Of a stretch of DNA of 64,000 nucleotides, positions 18,355-30,000 are shown in pieces (the stretch's first letter is position 1; the number at the start of each line of letters is the position of its first letter). Origin of the DNA: a virus. The notes under the pieces are model-generated. The model saw only the letters and a program-made list of their open reading frames with translations, had not been told where the DNA came from and did not search any database. The position numbers were made by a program, and so were the translations under genes. The stretch is taken from positions 20,547 through 84,546 of IMG/VR virus record IMGVR_UViG_3300010412_000003. The stretch is one strand, 5' to 3'.

Positions 18355-19236
18355 TTATAAATAATCAACTGGATACATAAACACTTCAACCTTGTGTTCA
18401 TGCTCAATTGGCTCTGGTGGAACAGGTGGTTCTGGAATTGGTGGAACAGGTGGTTCTGGCTGAGAAACAAAACTCAACCAGTCATAAAACTCCTGCTTTT
18501 TTCTTCTTGTAATATTAAAATCCAATTCATCAGAATCAAAACCTAATTCAATTCCAATATTACTTGCAGAAACAACCTGCCACATTTCCCAATCATTTGC
18601 CTGTCTTTCTGGTGGCATAGTTGGCTTATATTCTAATGTCAAAAACACCTTTTCCCAAAAGGATTTAAACTGATCTGTTAACCCATTAGCCCAATTTGCA
18701 TATGGGTATTGTGCAATCCAAAATGGAAAATTTTTACCCTCTGATGTATACGGGGACAGCCAATCCTTGTAATCATATCTATTTGCATATAAAATAATTC
18801 TTTTATTTGGAAACCTTGTTTGAAGCTCTTTCATAAATTTTATTGTATTTAAAGCAAAAACACTTGATTTTTCATTATAATATTGTTCAAAATCCATAAC
18901 AAAAAATGAAAAATCTTTTCCCTCACAAAATAAAAGAAATGCACCCAACTGCCTTTTCCAATCAGAGTGGCTTGAAAAATACCAATATGCACCAAGAGGT
19001 ATTCCAAGCTTTGATGCTATAGAATAATTTTTATCAAAATTGACATCTTTATAAATTCCACCATTTTGTGCGCCATATCCAGCACGTAAAACAATAAAAT
19101 CCATAACCTTTTCAAATATCTCCATATCAACCTTGCTTAAATCCCAATTACCTTTGTGGTGACTAAAGTCAGCACCAGTTGCATATGGACTTTTTGAAAT
19201 TAAATCTAAAATCCATTCTGTTTGATTCATAAACAC
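18355..19236 (-). CDS. GH25 muramidase (endolysin)
   Basis: GADFSHH, RAGYG, GAYWY, D-x-E (MDFEQ), WIAQY, MWQ, LDFN. Confidence 0.88.
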   Translation of the reverse strand: MFMNQTEWILDLISKSPYATGADFSHHKGNWDLSKVDMEIFEKVMDFIVLRAGYGAQNGGIYKDVNFDKNYSIASKLGIPLGAYWYFSSHSDWKRQLGAFLLFCEGKDFSFFVMDFEQYYNEKSSVFALNTIKFMKELQTRFPNKRIILYANRYDYKDWLSPYTSEGKNFPFWIAQYPYANWANGLTDQFKSFWEKVFLTLEYKPTMPPERQANDWEMWQVVSASNIGIELGFDSDELDFNITRRKKQEFYDWLSFVSQPEPPVPPIPEPPVPPEPIEHEHKVEVFMYPVDYL

Positions 19237-19239
19237 CTC

Positions 19240-20607
19240 CTAAAACCAAGATGAAATAACATTAGAAGATAAGGCTGTATAAGTCAATTCAAGCAATGGT
19301 CTATCACCAGCAGTTCCTGAACCACTTGAATAATACCATTTCCCTGTATAGTGACCGCCAGATTGTGTTTCAGCTATATTATAACCATTGTTTACATATG
19401 TTGAGTTAATCCAGTTGTCAAAATCTGTAATTAAAATATTAGAAAAAACAATGTCCGATGGTTCAGTTGGAGAAGTAGTATATTGATAACTTCCACTTAC
19501 TGTTGAAACAATATCACCGGTTGTGTTTGTACCCCCACCACTACTCCAGTTGTTGTTGGTTTTGTATATTTGCCATGTTGCCTGAGTCTCAACCCAATCC
19601 CTCTCGTCACGTATTCTTCTCATGCTATTTGTGTGGGGAAAGTCAAGGTTTTGTGAGCTATACAACCGAAGAGTTAAATCTGCCGAAACACCACTTTGGT
19701 AATCGTCAAGACCTGTAAAATCAAATCTTATCAGTGTTGTATTTGCATTCGAAGCACCATTAACTCTTCCAACAAGAACATTTGACCCATTAGAGTTTGT
19801 TGTTGGACTAACTTGGGAAAGATAACAATCCTGACCCGTTGTATCGTCTGGTTGATAATTCCATGTTGGGTCAATGACAACTGGAAATATAGCGTTTTCC
19901 AACCAACTTGATTTAACACCTGACAAAACATATACACCACTGGAATCCTCAATAAAAAACTGCTCAACAGACGCTTCTTTAGAGGCATCACCACTCGATT
20001 CTGTAGCAACACCACCAAATATAGAAATGCTTTCATTTTTTAAATTCTTGCTTTTTATTCTTTTTGATAAGTTGCTTATTTGAGAACCAACCTTTGTAAC
20101 AATTACAAGGTGAGTTCCATTTATAGATGGCATTTCGTTAATGTGAAGATTTTCCTTTATTCTTCCACTTTCATGAACAACATATTCAGATGAATAATTT
20201 TTATCAATTATTTTTTTAAAATTTTTTCCGTTAAAAAATCCAGTTTTTTTATCAAATGTAGATAAAATTTTGAGAGTGTTTGTTTTTTGGTCATAATCAC
20301 CAATCCCAATTGTATGATGATAAAAACCTCTTGATGGAATAAAAACACTTCCATCATCACCTATCTCAAAATCAATATTTATGTCCCTGATCTTTTTTTT
20401 TCCAGAATTTCCATTTTCGAATGTTGAAATAATTGGGAACATAGCCCTGTTAACCCGATCATATTTATGAACTGGAAACTGAGCCAAAACTGCCTTTACC
20501 ACACCCCTTTCCTCTGTTCTGTAAATTATACCATTGTGTATTCTTCTTTTAACTTGAAGGTTATCATTTTTTTTATTAACATGGCTTGTCCATTCACTTT
20601 CTATCAT
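19240..20607 (-). CDS. DNRLRE/CBM96-like domain protein, probable tail-associated adhesin
   Basis: PVVIDPT, D.YL....P..N, LIRFD, W.E..ATW, RPLLELTY. Confidence 0.65.
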   Translation of the reverse strand: MIESEWTSHVNKKNDNLQVKRRIHNGIIYRTEERGVVKAVLAQFPVHKYDRVNRAMFPIISTFENGNSGKKKIRDINIDFEIGDDGSVFIPSRGFYHHTIGIGDYDQKTNTLKILSTFDKKTGFFNGKNFKKIIDKNYSSEYVVHESGRIKENLHINEMPSINGTHLVIVTKVGSQISNLSKRIKSKNLKNESISIFGGVATESSGDASKEASVEQFFIEDSSGVYVLSGVKSSWLENAIFPVVIDPTWNYQPDDTTGQDCYLSQVSPTTNSNGSNVLVGRVNGASNANTTLIRFDFTGLDDYQSGVSADLTLRLYSSQNLDFPHTNSMRRIRDERDWVETQATWQIYKTNNNWSSGGGTNTTGDIVSTVSGSYQYTTSPTEPSDIVFSNILITDFDNWINSTYVNNGYNIAETQSGGHYTGKWYYSSGSGTAGDRPLLELTYTALSSNVISSWF

Positions 20608-20622
20608 TATATAATCTCCCTG

Positions 20623-21990
20623 TTATGGTAATCTGACTTCCATTGTTATAGAACATCCTTGTGCTGGTGTTGTGTGAACAGAATCAATTGTCATTCTAAT
20701 CAAATCCGCAGTTTGAATATCATCATTCGATGTGTTAATTGTTACAGATGATATTGTTGTACTGCCACTATCAAATGTGATAAGCCCAGAGCAAATTTCA
20801 ACCCAAGAACCTCTGTACCTCTCAACCGAAACAATCATCGAACCAGTTGTTCCTGCTGTCATTGCAACACCTTCAAAGTTAACAACATTCATACCATTCC
20901 AAGCATCAGGAACTTTGAAAACAAATTTAACACCAGTAGAACAATCTGTTGATGGCTCTACAAGTTGTACAATAATACCCTTTGTTCCCAAGTTAGAACC
21001 AGCCAGCGCATCTGGTGTAATTGTTCTTGATGTGTCAGTTCCAGTATTGACCTCTGCAACTGTTGCAAGTTCTGATTTTCCAGCCAATGATGTTGTTGCC
21101 TGACTAACCGCTGATGTCACATCACCAGACCAAGCTGGAACACCACCACTAACAGTTAATACATTTCCAGATGAACCAATTGGCAAAGATGTAATTTCAG
21201 AAGCACCAGATGCATACAAAATGTCACCAGTCGTTCTTGCAAATGGGGAAATGTACCCCCTCCAAGATGTTCCATTAGAATAAAAATATCCAACCTGATT
21301 CTGCCTTACAGTTCCAATTGTTGTTGTTCCACTATCTTCTTTTACAACAAGGTCTTCATCACCATCAGCAGTATTATGAATAATAAAAATTGGATTAAAA
21401 GCACTTTCTGCTGGAAGAAGAATATCACGATTCACCCCATTAGGGTCTAAATATTGAATTGATGCGCTATAATCATTTAAAGTTTTTGTTGTAGATAATG
21501 TCTCTGTATTTTTTTTATAAACCCCAACATTTTGAATTGCAGAGACAACAACCCAAGCTGTTCCATTATATTTTAAATAATACTCTCTATTCTTTCCAAG
21601 ATCATTGCCATCAATGTTTTGTACATTACCATCATTGTCAATCTTATATACTGTTTTAACACCCAATGAGTTGATGTTCAAGGTAACTGCTCCATTAGAT
21701 GTTTGACTCAGTTTTAATATGATCTTAAGATCAGTTGTATATGATGTGATTGCGCTAATTCCAGTTGCCTCATAAAGACTTCCAGAATTATAAGTTGCAC
21801 TAACTGGAATAGCACCCCTCTGTGTTTCAAGAGTGTCTATACTTGATTGAATATCGGTTAGTGCTGTTTCAATTTTTGTCATATTGCTATTTGTAGTGCC
21901 ACACATATCAAGACGATAATCCAAAAATAATTCTATTGTGTCACTTGAATCATAAAGAGTTAGGTTATAATTCGTTGTAGTTGATACCAT
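20623..21990 (-). CDS. tail fibre protein
   Basis: TTNYNL N-terminus, AT...AG..ELAT.AEV..GTD..R.ITP repeat, GDILYASG. Confidence 0.7.
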   Translation of the reverse strand: MVSTTTNYNLTLYDSSDTIELFLDYRLDMCGTTNSNMTKIETALTDIQSSIDTLETQRGAIPVSATYNSGSLYEATGISAITSYTTDLKIILKLSQTSNGAVTLNINSLGVKTVYKIDNDGNVQNIDGNDLGKNREYYLKYNGTAWVVVSAIQNVGVYKKNTETLSTTKTLNDYSASIQYLDPNGVNRDILLPAESAFNPIFIIHNTADGDEDLVVKEDSGTTTIGTVRQNQVGYFYSNGTSWRGYISPFARTTGDILYASGASEITSLPIGSSGNVLTVSGGVPAWSGDVTSAVSQATTSLAGKSELATVAEVNTGTDTSRTITPDALAGSNLGTKGIIVQLVEPSTDCSTGVKFVFKVPDAWNGMNVVNFEGVAMTAGTTGSMIVSVERYRGSWVEICSGLITFDSGSTTISSVTINTSNDDIQTADLIRMTIDSVHTTPAQGCSITMEVRLP

Positions 21991-22011
21991 AAAGTCCTCC
22001 TTATGTTATTT

Positions 22012-22485
22012 TTATGTAGCCACATAATCCAAGTCTCCTAATGTCTCAACGTCAAGAGTTCCAAGTGTTGACGCATCCCAATCTGAAAGGTTATAAAATA
22101 CCGCTAAAATTGGAGTAAATGCATTAGAAAAATTAAAATTTGAAATTGTGGTTATAACTTTACTATTTTCTTTCCATGTAAGTGATAAAACACTAACCTG
22201 AGAAATTGTTTTTGATAAATACTCTTTAAACTTCATAGAAAAAGTATTTACCCTTCTACCACCATTTAAGTCAAAAGTCAAATATTCTTTAAATTTAATA
22301 TTATAAGCAACATTTATCAAAGCACTCATTGTTATACTAAATTGCTTACTTACTTTCATTGCGAAAGTTATTGGAAATTTTTGAACAATTTGAACAAACC
22401 AACTATCAGATGGTGTAAACCCTCTAATTACTAGATCAAAGGCTTTTTTTGTAACAATATTAACATTAAAAGATATAGATGGCAT
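22012..22485 (-). CDS. baseplate/tail protein
   Basis: position in tail module; C-terminal LxDxD..TLG.LD. Confidence 0.55.
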   Translation of the reverse strand: MPSISFNVNIVTKKAFDLVIRGFTPSDSWFVQIVQKFPITFAMKVSKQFSITMSALINVAYNIKFKEYLTFDLNGGRRVNTFSMKFKEYLSKTISQVSVLSLTWKENSKVITTISNFNFSNAFTPILAVFYNLSDWDASTLGTLDVETLGDLDYVAT

Positions 22486-22502
22486 TTCTACCCCTTTGTC
22501 TT

Positions 22503-22910
22503 TTATGAGTTAACAATGCTAACAACAATTGCACCAACCGCAAAATAAACTACAGTACCAGATTGCACAACTCTTGATGGAGACAAAGCACCAAAATAAA
22601 GCATGTTTCCACTCGTTAATGCATCAGAAATGAAAACATATGTAATTGTACCCCAAGATGCAGAGCTTTCTGCGAAAGAAACCTGAACAGTATTTGATAA
22701 AGAACCACTTGATGCGTTTCCCCATTGCGATTTTGTATTTGTTAAACTTGCCCTAGCATATGAACCACCAACTGGTTCTGTTGCACCAGTTCCATCATTG
22801 TTAATTGTTGTAGTAGAAAGACCAAAGTACAATGTTGATGGAACTGTATAGTTTGTAGCACCAAAGTCTTTGTCTAAAATTCTATTAGATTGATAATAAG
22901 TAATACTCAT
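22503..22910 (-). CDS. tail fibre/baseplate-associated structural protein
   Basis: YFGLST, EP.GGSYAR, WGTITY, DA.TSGN motifs typical of siphovirus tail-end proteins. Confidence 0.7.
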   Translation of the reverse strand: MSITYYQSNRILDKDFGATNYTVPSTLYFGLSTTTINNDGTGATEPVGGSYARASLTNTKSQWGNASSGSLSNTVQVSFAESSASWGTITYVFISDALTSGNMLYFGALSPSRVVQSGTVVYFAVGAIVVSIVNS

Positions 22911-22922
22911 GTGTATAACCTC

Positions 22923-23273
22923 CTAGTCATTTTGTATTCTTGGAACAATTGTCAGGATGCCCTGTGATGGTCTAAATTCATTTTGATCTAAGTCTGTAAT
23001 TACTGGTTGATGAATAAATTTTCCCTCTAAGTCAACCGTATCTACTGAATCAATTTCTATCTCAAATGTATTTGTTCCAGTTTTAGTTCCAGTTTTAGTT
23101 AAAATGGCAGTGTCAGGTTGCCCATAATAACTCATTGTCCATTCAACTGTTGATGATGTGATGTCAATTAAAACACCAAGTTCATCATACACATTGAATT
23201 CTAAAATATAATTTGTACCACCAATGAAAATAATTTCCTCAAGATCATTGATGTTAGAGTAAACATTTCTCAT
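22923..23273 (-). CDS. BppU-like upper baseplate protein
   Basis: beta-rich 116 aa in baseplate position. Confidence 0.5.
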   Translation of the reverse strand: MRNVYSNINDLEEIIFIGGTNYILEFNVYDELGVLIDITSSTVEWTMSYYGQPDTAILTKTGTKTGTNTFEIEIDSVDTVDLEGKFIHQPVITDLDQNEFRPSQGILTIVPRIQND

Positions 23274-23292
23274 TTATATTCACCCCACTTTT

Positions 23293-23556
23293 CTAAATAT
23301 GTTTTTCAACTATTTCTTTATTAGGAACTTCAAGATTCATAACCTCTTCTAAAACCATTTCCAATACTTGATCAAGATCAATTATTGTATTCATTGACTT
23401 CATAAACATTTGCATGTTTCCATGACCTCTAACCTCTACTGCTTGAAGACCATTATACATTTCTATCAATGATTTTTTTACAACATCAATTTTTTGACCT
23501 AAACTTAAATCCCTAATATCTTTTTTTTGTTGATTGTCACCAACTACGTCATTCAT
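23293..23556 (-). CDS. hypothetical protein
   Basis: AGGAG RBS. Confidence 0.55.
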   Translation of the reverse strand: MNDVVGDNQQKKDIRDLSLGQKIDVVKKSLIEMYNGLQAVEVRGHGNMQMFMKSMNTIIDLDQVLEMVLEEVMNLEVPNKEIVEKHI

Positions 23557-23564
23557 TTTATCTC

Positions 23565-26231
23565 CTAAATACCAATTGAATAAGAATATAATATGCCTTT
23601 ATAAAACCTAAGTGTAGCATATCCAGTATAAACAACTGCTGTGAGTCCATAAGTTCCGTTTATAACAAAATAATCTGTATCAACTCTAAATGTAACAGTG
23701 TTACTTCTTATCTGGCTATTACCAGTGAGATATAAAATACCACCCTGCAAGTCAAGATAAGAACTTCCATAAAGCAATAAGTTTGTTGCTTGAAATGATG
23801 TTACAGTAGAGCCAAGATTTATTTGTGCATTACCAGCACCACCAATAGTTCCACCCCAAACCCTACTGCCACTCATACTTCCAGTAGTAACATAACCTGC
23901 ATTAATACCACTTCCAATTTGCCCACCATTAATAGTTCCATAAATGTTGTCAGCATAAATTGTTCCAGAGAAACTTGCTGTACTGCCATCTATGCTCAAA
24001 GCACCCAATTTTATTTTACCATTGCTCCTGATGTAATTTCCAAGATTATCATACAGACTGTTTGAATTAATATTCCAACCACCAATAGTACCACTACTGG
24101 CACTAATACTCCCGCTAAAAGTTCCAGTAGCACCAGATAAATCACCAGAAAAAACCAAATTTCCACTTCCATCAGCATAAAACCTATCAACCCAAGTACC
24201 ACCAGTGTTACCTTGAATTTTTATTCCATTTGTTGGGTCAATATAAACCCTACTGCTATCTGTTTCAAGAGAGATACTACCATTTGATATTGAAACACCA
24301 GTTGCATCAACAACAAAACTCAAATCCTCATTTTGAATTGTCAATGTGTTTCCAGCAATTAAATTTCCAACAATTGTATCAGCAACCAGACCATAATGTG
24401 TAACCCCACCAACATCCACTCTTCCAAGTGCAACTTTTGCTGTTGCCCAATCATCATCTGTAAAAGCCAATACATTGTTTGTTAGCCAAACCTGTTCATC
24501 ATCAAATGTTACACCATTCCATTGTCTTCCACGAAGACCAGCACCATCTATGATAATATCCTGATCTGATGTTGAAACAAGATTGTTCACTGTTGCATTT
24601 AATGCAGAGCTAATAAATGTTGTTACTTCATCTTTATGACTTTCACTCCAATTGTTCCAGTCCTGTTTGTTAAAGCTAACAGTTGCGCCAAGATTGTTTA
24701 TTTGACCAAAAAGATCACTAAATACATACGCACTTGTATCTGATCTAAGCCTATTGCTTAAAATTAAGGAAAATTTATCTGGATTGTCATAGTTTATTTT
24801 AACCTCTAGTATAATTGAAGTTGTAATTTGACCATTTGGAAGTTCAACTGTTACAGAAGAACCAACTTCGAGATCATTTGAAAAAGATTGAAATTCTTGC
24901 ATGGCAAGAAAATTTATACTATCTGCTTCAAAAATATATCTTGGTTGTGAAATTCTACCCAAAACACTTTTCCCTTGATCATACAACAATTGAGATTGAT
25001 CTTGTTTTTCAGAATCAGTCATAATATCAGTTTGAATTATATTTGGATTTTGATATGTGTTTTCAAAAGTAAATTCTGACAACTCAGCAAGTTCACTTTC
25101 TGTAAAATTGCTTTCAAATGAAACTATATTATTAATATCTACCAAAGATTGTTGCAAAACTATAATTTCATTTTGCTTTGAAATAATTTCAATGTTTTTA
25201 GAATTTATTAAAGCTTCTTGATTATCTATTTGTGTTTTTATATCATCTGTTGCCAATCCTTGTTGAATTCTGCTTGCTAATATTTCTTCAAGACCAGCAA
25301 GGGTTGAAAGTAAAGCTACCAACTCCCCTTGTAAAACAATTAAATCATCATATGCGGTTTTTAAAGTCGTTAACGTAGCACCATATGTTGATTCATAACT
25401 TGCCACCAAAGCTTCCCAAGCTGTTAATTTGGTAATCAAATTTTGACTCATCCAATCTGTATTTTTATAATATGAAAAGTCATATATCGTTGCAGAACCA
25501 AGTGGATTTACAGACCTGATGGTAAGATTTCCACCACCATAAACGCTTAGTGCAGTTGTTATTTCATCATCCATTTCTTGCAATTTTGCTTGTTTCAAAA
25601 GATTATCGAATGATAAAAATATATCCGTTTGCGAAACAGCACTATCAATTGAATCAACTTTTATTATATTATTTATGGTATCAAATGAAAAAATACATTC
25701 ATATGCATTAGAAACATCATTCATTAGAAAGTTGTAAACATTTGTATCCTGAACATCAAATGTTCTAAATTTTGCCGAAATAGAAGCATCAACACTTCCA
25801 ATGCTCCAAGATGGTAAAAGGTTTACAACTTCTTGTAAAAGAGTTCCATCTGGTGATACGGCATCATAAAACTGATATGTCCCACCAAAACCAGTTAGTC
25901 TTTTTTTTGACATTTTGAATTCAATAGAAATTGCAATTACATTTTTAATATCAACACCACCATTTGTATCCTCTGGTGCTTTAATAATTTCAAAATAACC
26001 AATACCTTCAACTTTAATTAATCTTTTAACTACAATGTAATTATAAACTGATAATTCGATGCCATTTACATTTTTTGGAATTGTAAATGATATTTCACTC
26101 ACTGCATTAAATCTTGGTGTATATTCAACATCATAAGCCATAGAAAGAGAATAAATTTCTGTTTTATCTGGATTACATAATGTCAATGCTGGTTTTTCAA
26201 GTCTGCTAAAAATGTCATATGAAACTTGCAT
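23565..26231 (-). CDS. tail tip / Tal-like hub protein
   Basis: follows Dit; prophage-endopeptidase-like N-terminus, coiled coil, Gly-rich C-terminus (SGTIGGW). Confidence 0.8.
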   Translation of the reverse strand: MQVSYDIFSRLEKPALTLCNPDKTEIYSLSMAYDVEYTPRFNAVSEISFTIPKNVNGIELSVYNYIVVKRLIKVEGIGYFEIIKAPEDTNGGVDIKNVIAISIEFKMSKKRLTGFGGTYQFYDAVSPDGTLLQEVVNLLPSWSIGSVDASISAKFRTFDVQDTNVYNFLMNDVSNAYECIFSFDTINNIIKVDSIDSAVSQTDIFLSFDNLLKQAKLQEMDDEITTALSVYGGGNLTIRSVNPLGSATIYDFSYYKNTDWMSQNLITKLTAWEALVASYESTYGATLTTLKTAYDDLIVLQGELVALLSTLAGLEEILASRIQQGLATDDIKTQIDNQEALINSKNIEIISKQNEIIVLQQSLVDINNIVSFESNFTESELAELSEFTFENTYQNPNIIQTDIMTDSEKQDQSQLLYDQGKSVLGRISQPRYIFEADSINFLAMQEFQSFSNDLEVGSSVTVELPNGQITTSIILEVKINYDNPDKFSLILSNRLRSDTSAYVFSDLFGQINNLGATVSFNKQDWNNWSESHKDEVTTFISSALNATVNNLVSTSDQDIIIDGAGLRGRQWNGVTFDDEQVWLTNNVLAFTDDDWATAKVALGRVDVGGVTHYGLVADTIVGNLIAGNTLTIQNEDLSFVVDATGVSISNGSISLETDSSRVYIDPTNGIKIQGNTGGTWVDRFYADGSGNLVFSGDLSGATGTFSGSISASSGTIGGWNINSNSLYDNLGNYIRSNGKIKLGALSIDGSTASFSGTIYADNIYGTINGGQIGSGINAGYVTTGSMSGSRVWGGTIGGAGNAQINLGSTVTSFQATNLLLYGSSYLDLQGGILYLTGNSQIRSNTVTFRVDTDYFVINGTYGLTAVVYTGYATLRFYKGILYSYSIGI

Positions 26232-27022
26232 TATCCACCAACCTTTCTTGCAAATTGATATGTCATGTCAACTTGAGATAAAGAACCAGAAAATGTTATT
26301 GTATTTCTTCCTTTGACAAGCCTGAACCAATTTTTATTAAAATTAGACAATCTTCTCAAGGCAGTTGAGCTTGAAATTGTTCCAAGCTCATTATTAATTG
26401 TAATTATCTCACCAGATGTTAGTCCAGTAAATTCAAAAAGCCTATCATTATCCTGAGATACTGATATGCTAAAGTCACCACCAAATTCATTTGCAGTTAT
26501 TTCTAAAGATGGATAATTATAATCATTATCATTTGATAGATTATAAAAATCTACTATGCTATTTACATCAGCATCAGTAAATGAATATGTTTTTGTTCTT
26601 GGAAAAGTCCACGCAAAAGGACTGTCGCAAACAACGGTTGCCTTTACACCACGAATAATGTTTCCAACTTTATTAACTTGTGGGTTTGTCAAAAAACAAT
26701 TAAAATAAACATCTTGCATATCAGATTGTAAAATTTGCAATTTTTTATATTGACTATGACCAAAAAGCCATGATTGAATATGCCCAATATCAGGAGAAGT
26801 TATTTCTCTTGGACTATTGAACGAAACATCAAATTCTAAAGCAGGAGATTGTTTTGCGCCAAGCAAATAGTTTTTTGACTTTCTGTAAAGACTTTCTACG
26901 TACAGTTCAACATTGCTTGAGCCAGTTACATCAACATCACCACCATTTGGTGATGCAATGTATAAAGAGTAGAGTTCTGATGGTTTTCCATCGAAAATAA
27001 AACTTGCTCCCCAAAAACTCAT
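26231..27022 (-). CDS. distal tail protein (Dit)
   Basis: follows TMP; F.FDG..S, CDSPFAW, FN..W.RL..G.N. Confidence 0.8.
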   Translation of the reverse strand: MSFWGASFIFDGKPSELYSLYIASPNGGDVDVTGSSNVELYVESLYRKSKNYLLGAKQSPALEFDVSFNSPREITSPDIGHIQSWLFGHSQYKKLQILQSDMQDVYFNCFLTNPQVNKVGNIIRGVKATVVCDSPFAWTFPRTKTYSFTDADVNSIVDFYNLSNDNDYNYPSLEITANEFGGDFSISVSQDNDRLFEFTGLTSGEIITINNELGTISSSTALRRLSNFNKNWFRLVKGRNTITFSGSLSQVDMTYQFARKVGG

Positions 27023-27039
27023 AGAAACCTCCTAAAATT

Positions 27040-27067
27040 ATATGGTGTGGATTTCTCCACACCATAT
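27040..27067 (-). terminator. hairpin after tape measure gene
   Basis: ATATGGTGTGGA/TCCACACCATAT, GAAA loop on - strand. Confidence 0.65.
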
Positions 27068-30000
27068 TTATATTGAATAACTACCAGCACTTCTTGTAAA
27101 GCCTCTCAAATTCATTATTTGATTTATTTTATCAATAACCTGTTGAGAAATCTTTTCAATATCTGGTACAACATTTTCATCTAAATTACCTGCAACATTA
27201 ATTTCCATTAATTTTTCAACACTGAAATTAACCTCTTTCGTAACAATTCTTGGTGTTCCAGTTAGTGTTAAGTTTGCAAGGGCATCACCAGCAGATGCAA
27301 ATGCACCAGACATAGAAGAACCACCCATTGCTGTGCTTAGTGCCTGATTAGCAATCATTGCATCTGCACTTTGAATTGCGCTTGATGGTGCTGGTGTTGA
27401 CTGTTGTGTTGGAATATAGCCCAATGCCTCCCTCAATTTATTAATAAATTGTTGAACATTGTCAGCTTGAATGTTTTCGATAATAGAAATTGCATTTGCA
27501 ATTTGATCTTCAAACCTTTGCCTCTCTTCTTCAAGCATTGCTTGTTGTTGATCAACTGCATGTTCAAATTGAAATGTTTCCAACTCTTGTTGTTGTTCAG
27601 ATAGTTGTGCTTCTAATTCTTGTCTCCTTCTTTTTGCTTCTTCCGAAGTGTCTAAAGATAGTTCAAGAATTTCTTTTTGAAGATCAGCAATACTCTTTTG
27701 CTTATCTTGTAGTTCATCTTGGTAGCGTTTCTCAGCAACCATAGTATCTAAAAGCTGTTTTCTTTTATTAATAATTTTGTTGTAAGAATCCAACTGATCT
27801 TTGAGTGCTTCGATTTGCTTTTTACGCATTTCCTCAACTGCATCAGCAAGGTCATTTGTAGCACTTGTAGCACCAGATATAGCATCCTCAAGATCATCAT
27901 AAACATCAGTTACCTGACCACCAGCACCAGTAATTTGATTCAGTGGTTGTGTCAAATTGTAAATGTCATTGCCTAAATTGATATTGCTTGCCATTCCCTG
28001 CAAACTAGCACCAAATTGGCTAATAGCATTCCCAATAGATTGCATAGATGTGCTTGAGCCACTAATGTCAAGTTGAAAAGTTGGAATCCCAATGTAAGTT
28101 TGAAAAAGACCACCAGCATCTATTGGGAAATTAGTCATTCCCCCTGTCCACACTGGTTGGAAATTTATTTGAGCATCAAATTGACCAATTGCATCACCAA
28201 GAGTTACAAGCAAATCACCAGCAGACATTACAAGTGCTGAAATTGCATTTCCAGTTGCTCCTGCGGTTTGCTGTGTAAAGCTATTAAAGTTCTCTTGAGA
28301 TTGCATCATCCATGTTGCTATTTGACTTGCGCTAGAAAAAACATTTCCCTGCAAGTCTTGAACTTGAACACCAGCATTAAATGCCAGTTGTGCCATATTT
28401 TGTGCATAAGCCTGAAATTCTTGAGTTCCAATTCTTAAATTTTCAGTGGCTTGAAGTTGAACAACTTTCGCAATTTCGAAGTTTAATTTTTGAAGTTCTC
28501 CCAATTGAATTGTAGCATTAGACATTTGATCTAACGAATCACTAACTTCAATGCCACTTGCATCAGCAACAGAACCTAATTGCTGAAATACACCCATAAC
28601 CCCTATCAATTGCTCTGAATATGACAAAATATCCATTTCGCCAGCATCAAACATTGATGAAATTTGAGCAAGAGAACTTGATGCATCTGAAACTAATCCA
28701 GCAAACAATAACTGTTGTTGCTCACCAACTAAATCACCAAAGTCTGCTTCCGAAAGTTGTCTTTGCAATGCATCGAAATATTGTGTTGCAGAAAGCTCAC
28801 CCTCTTCAAATTGTCGAGATATTTCACCTATTGCTTCCGAAAAACCACCCAAGCTTCCAGTTAGTCCAGATGCTTGCAATGCAACATCTTGTAAAAACTG
28901 AGCATAGTCCCTAGACATGGGGATTGCTCTTTCAAGTTGGGATATGTATGCATCATAAAACTTAAGTTCTTTTTCACTAGCACCAGCCATCATTGCTTCA
29001 AATTTTGCCGTATATGCCTTTTGAACATTAAGTTTTTGAAGTTTTTCTGTGTTAAGAGTAATAATATCACCCTCAATTTCTAACAGATCAACCCAACTTT
29101 CATACTCTTCTGATAGAGCCATAATATCATCAATGGATAAAGCTCCCTCTAGTGATTTCTTTGAAATATCAATTGTTTTTGAAATTGAATTGTGAAGATC
29201 ACCAAATATATCTCTTAGGTCTTTTACCTCTTCTTCAACTTCCCCAAGACCAGATGCTAATCCATCTAGGTTTTCAAGATATTCCTCCATGAAAGAAGAC
29301 ATATCACCTGTTTCTTCACCTAATGCATTTTGTGCCTTCCATGCTTCGTATAATTCTTCACTATATGCTGGAAGTGTTGTGCTATAAAGCCTCTCAATTT
29401 GACCATTTGCCTTTTCATGTTCGGCATAAAGTCTTCCCTCTTCATCAATGTTTTTGTTTAATACTTTAGCACCATCTCTAAGAGCATTTAGATATTCTTC
29501 ATAAGATGTTGTTGATTTTCTAAGTTGCATTTCAAATGCTTCAAATGCATCAAGCTTTAATAATTCTTTGTTTATAAAACTTGATTCAATTCCGTCACCA
29601 ACGGCACTCTCTATTGCCTCTATTCCAGTTTTAAGTGTATCAGTTAATGCACCAAGATCATCACCAGTATCTTCTGCAACTTTTGCAAAAGTATCTTTAA
29701 ATTGTTGCTTTAAGTTCTCCGTTCCTTCTTCTGCTGTTCTTACAACATTATTATAAGCCTGAAAAGCTTTTATAACAGAATAAATTGCAATTGCAACAGC
29801 ACCACCAACAACTGCTGTACTACTCATTAAACCATTTAGGGTAAGTATAGTTCCATTAAGTATACCCAAGTTTGATATATTCGCAATCAGTATTGGAATT
29901 AAGTTACTTAATACAAGCCAAAAGTTTTGAAAAAATGTAATAATCCCAATTGCTTTTGTTCCGATTAGTTCTGCATTTAACAAAGCAATAAAGAAAACAA

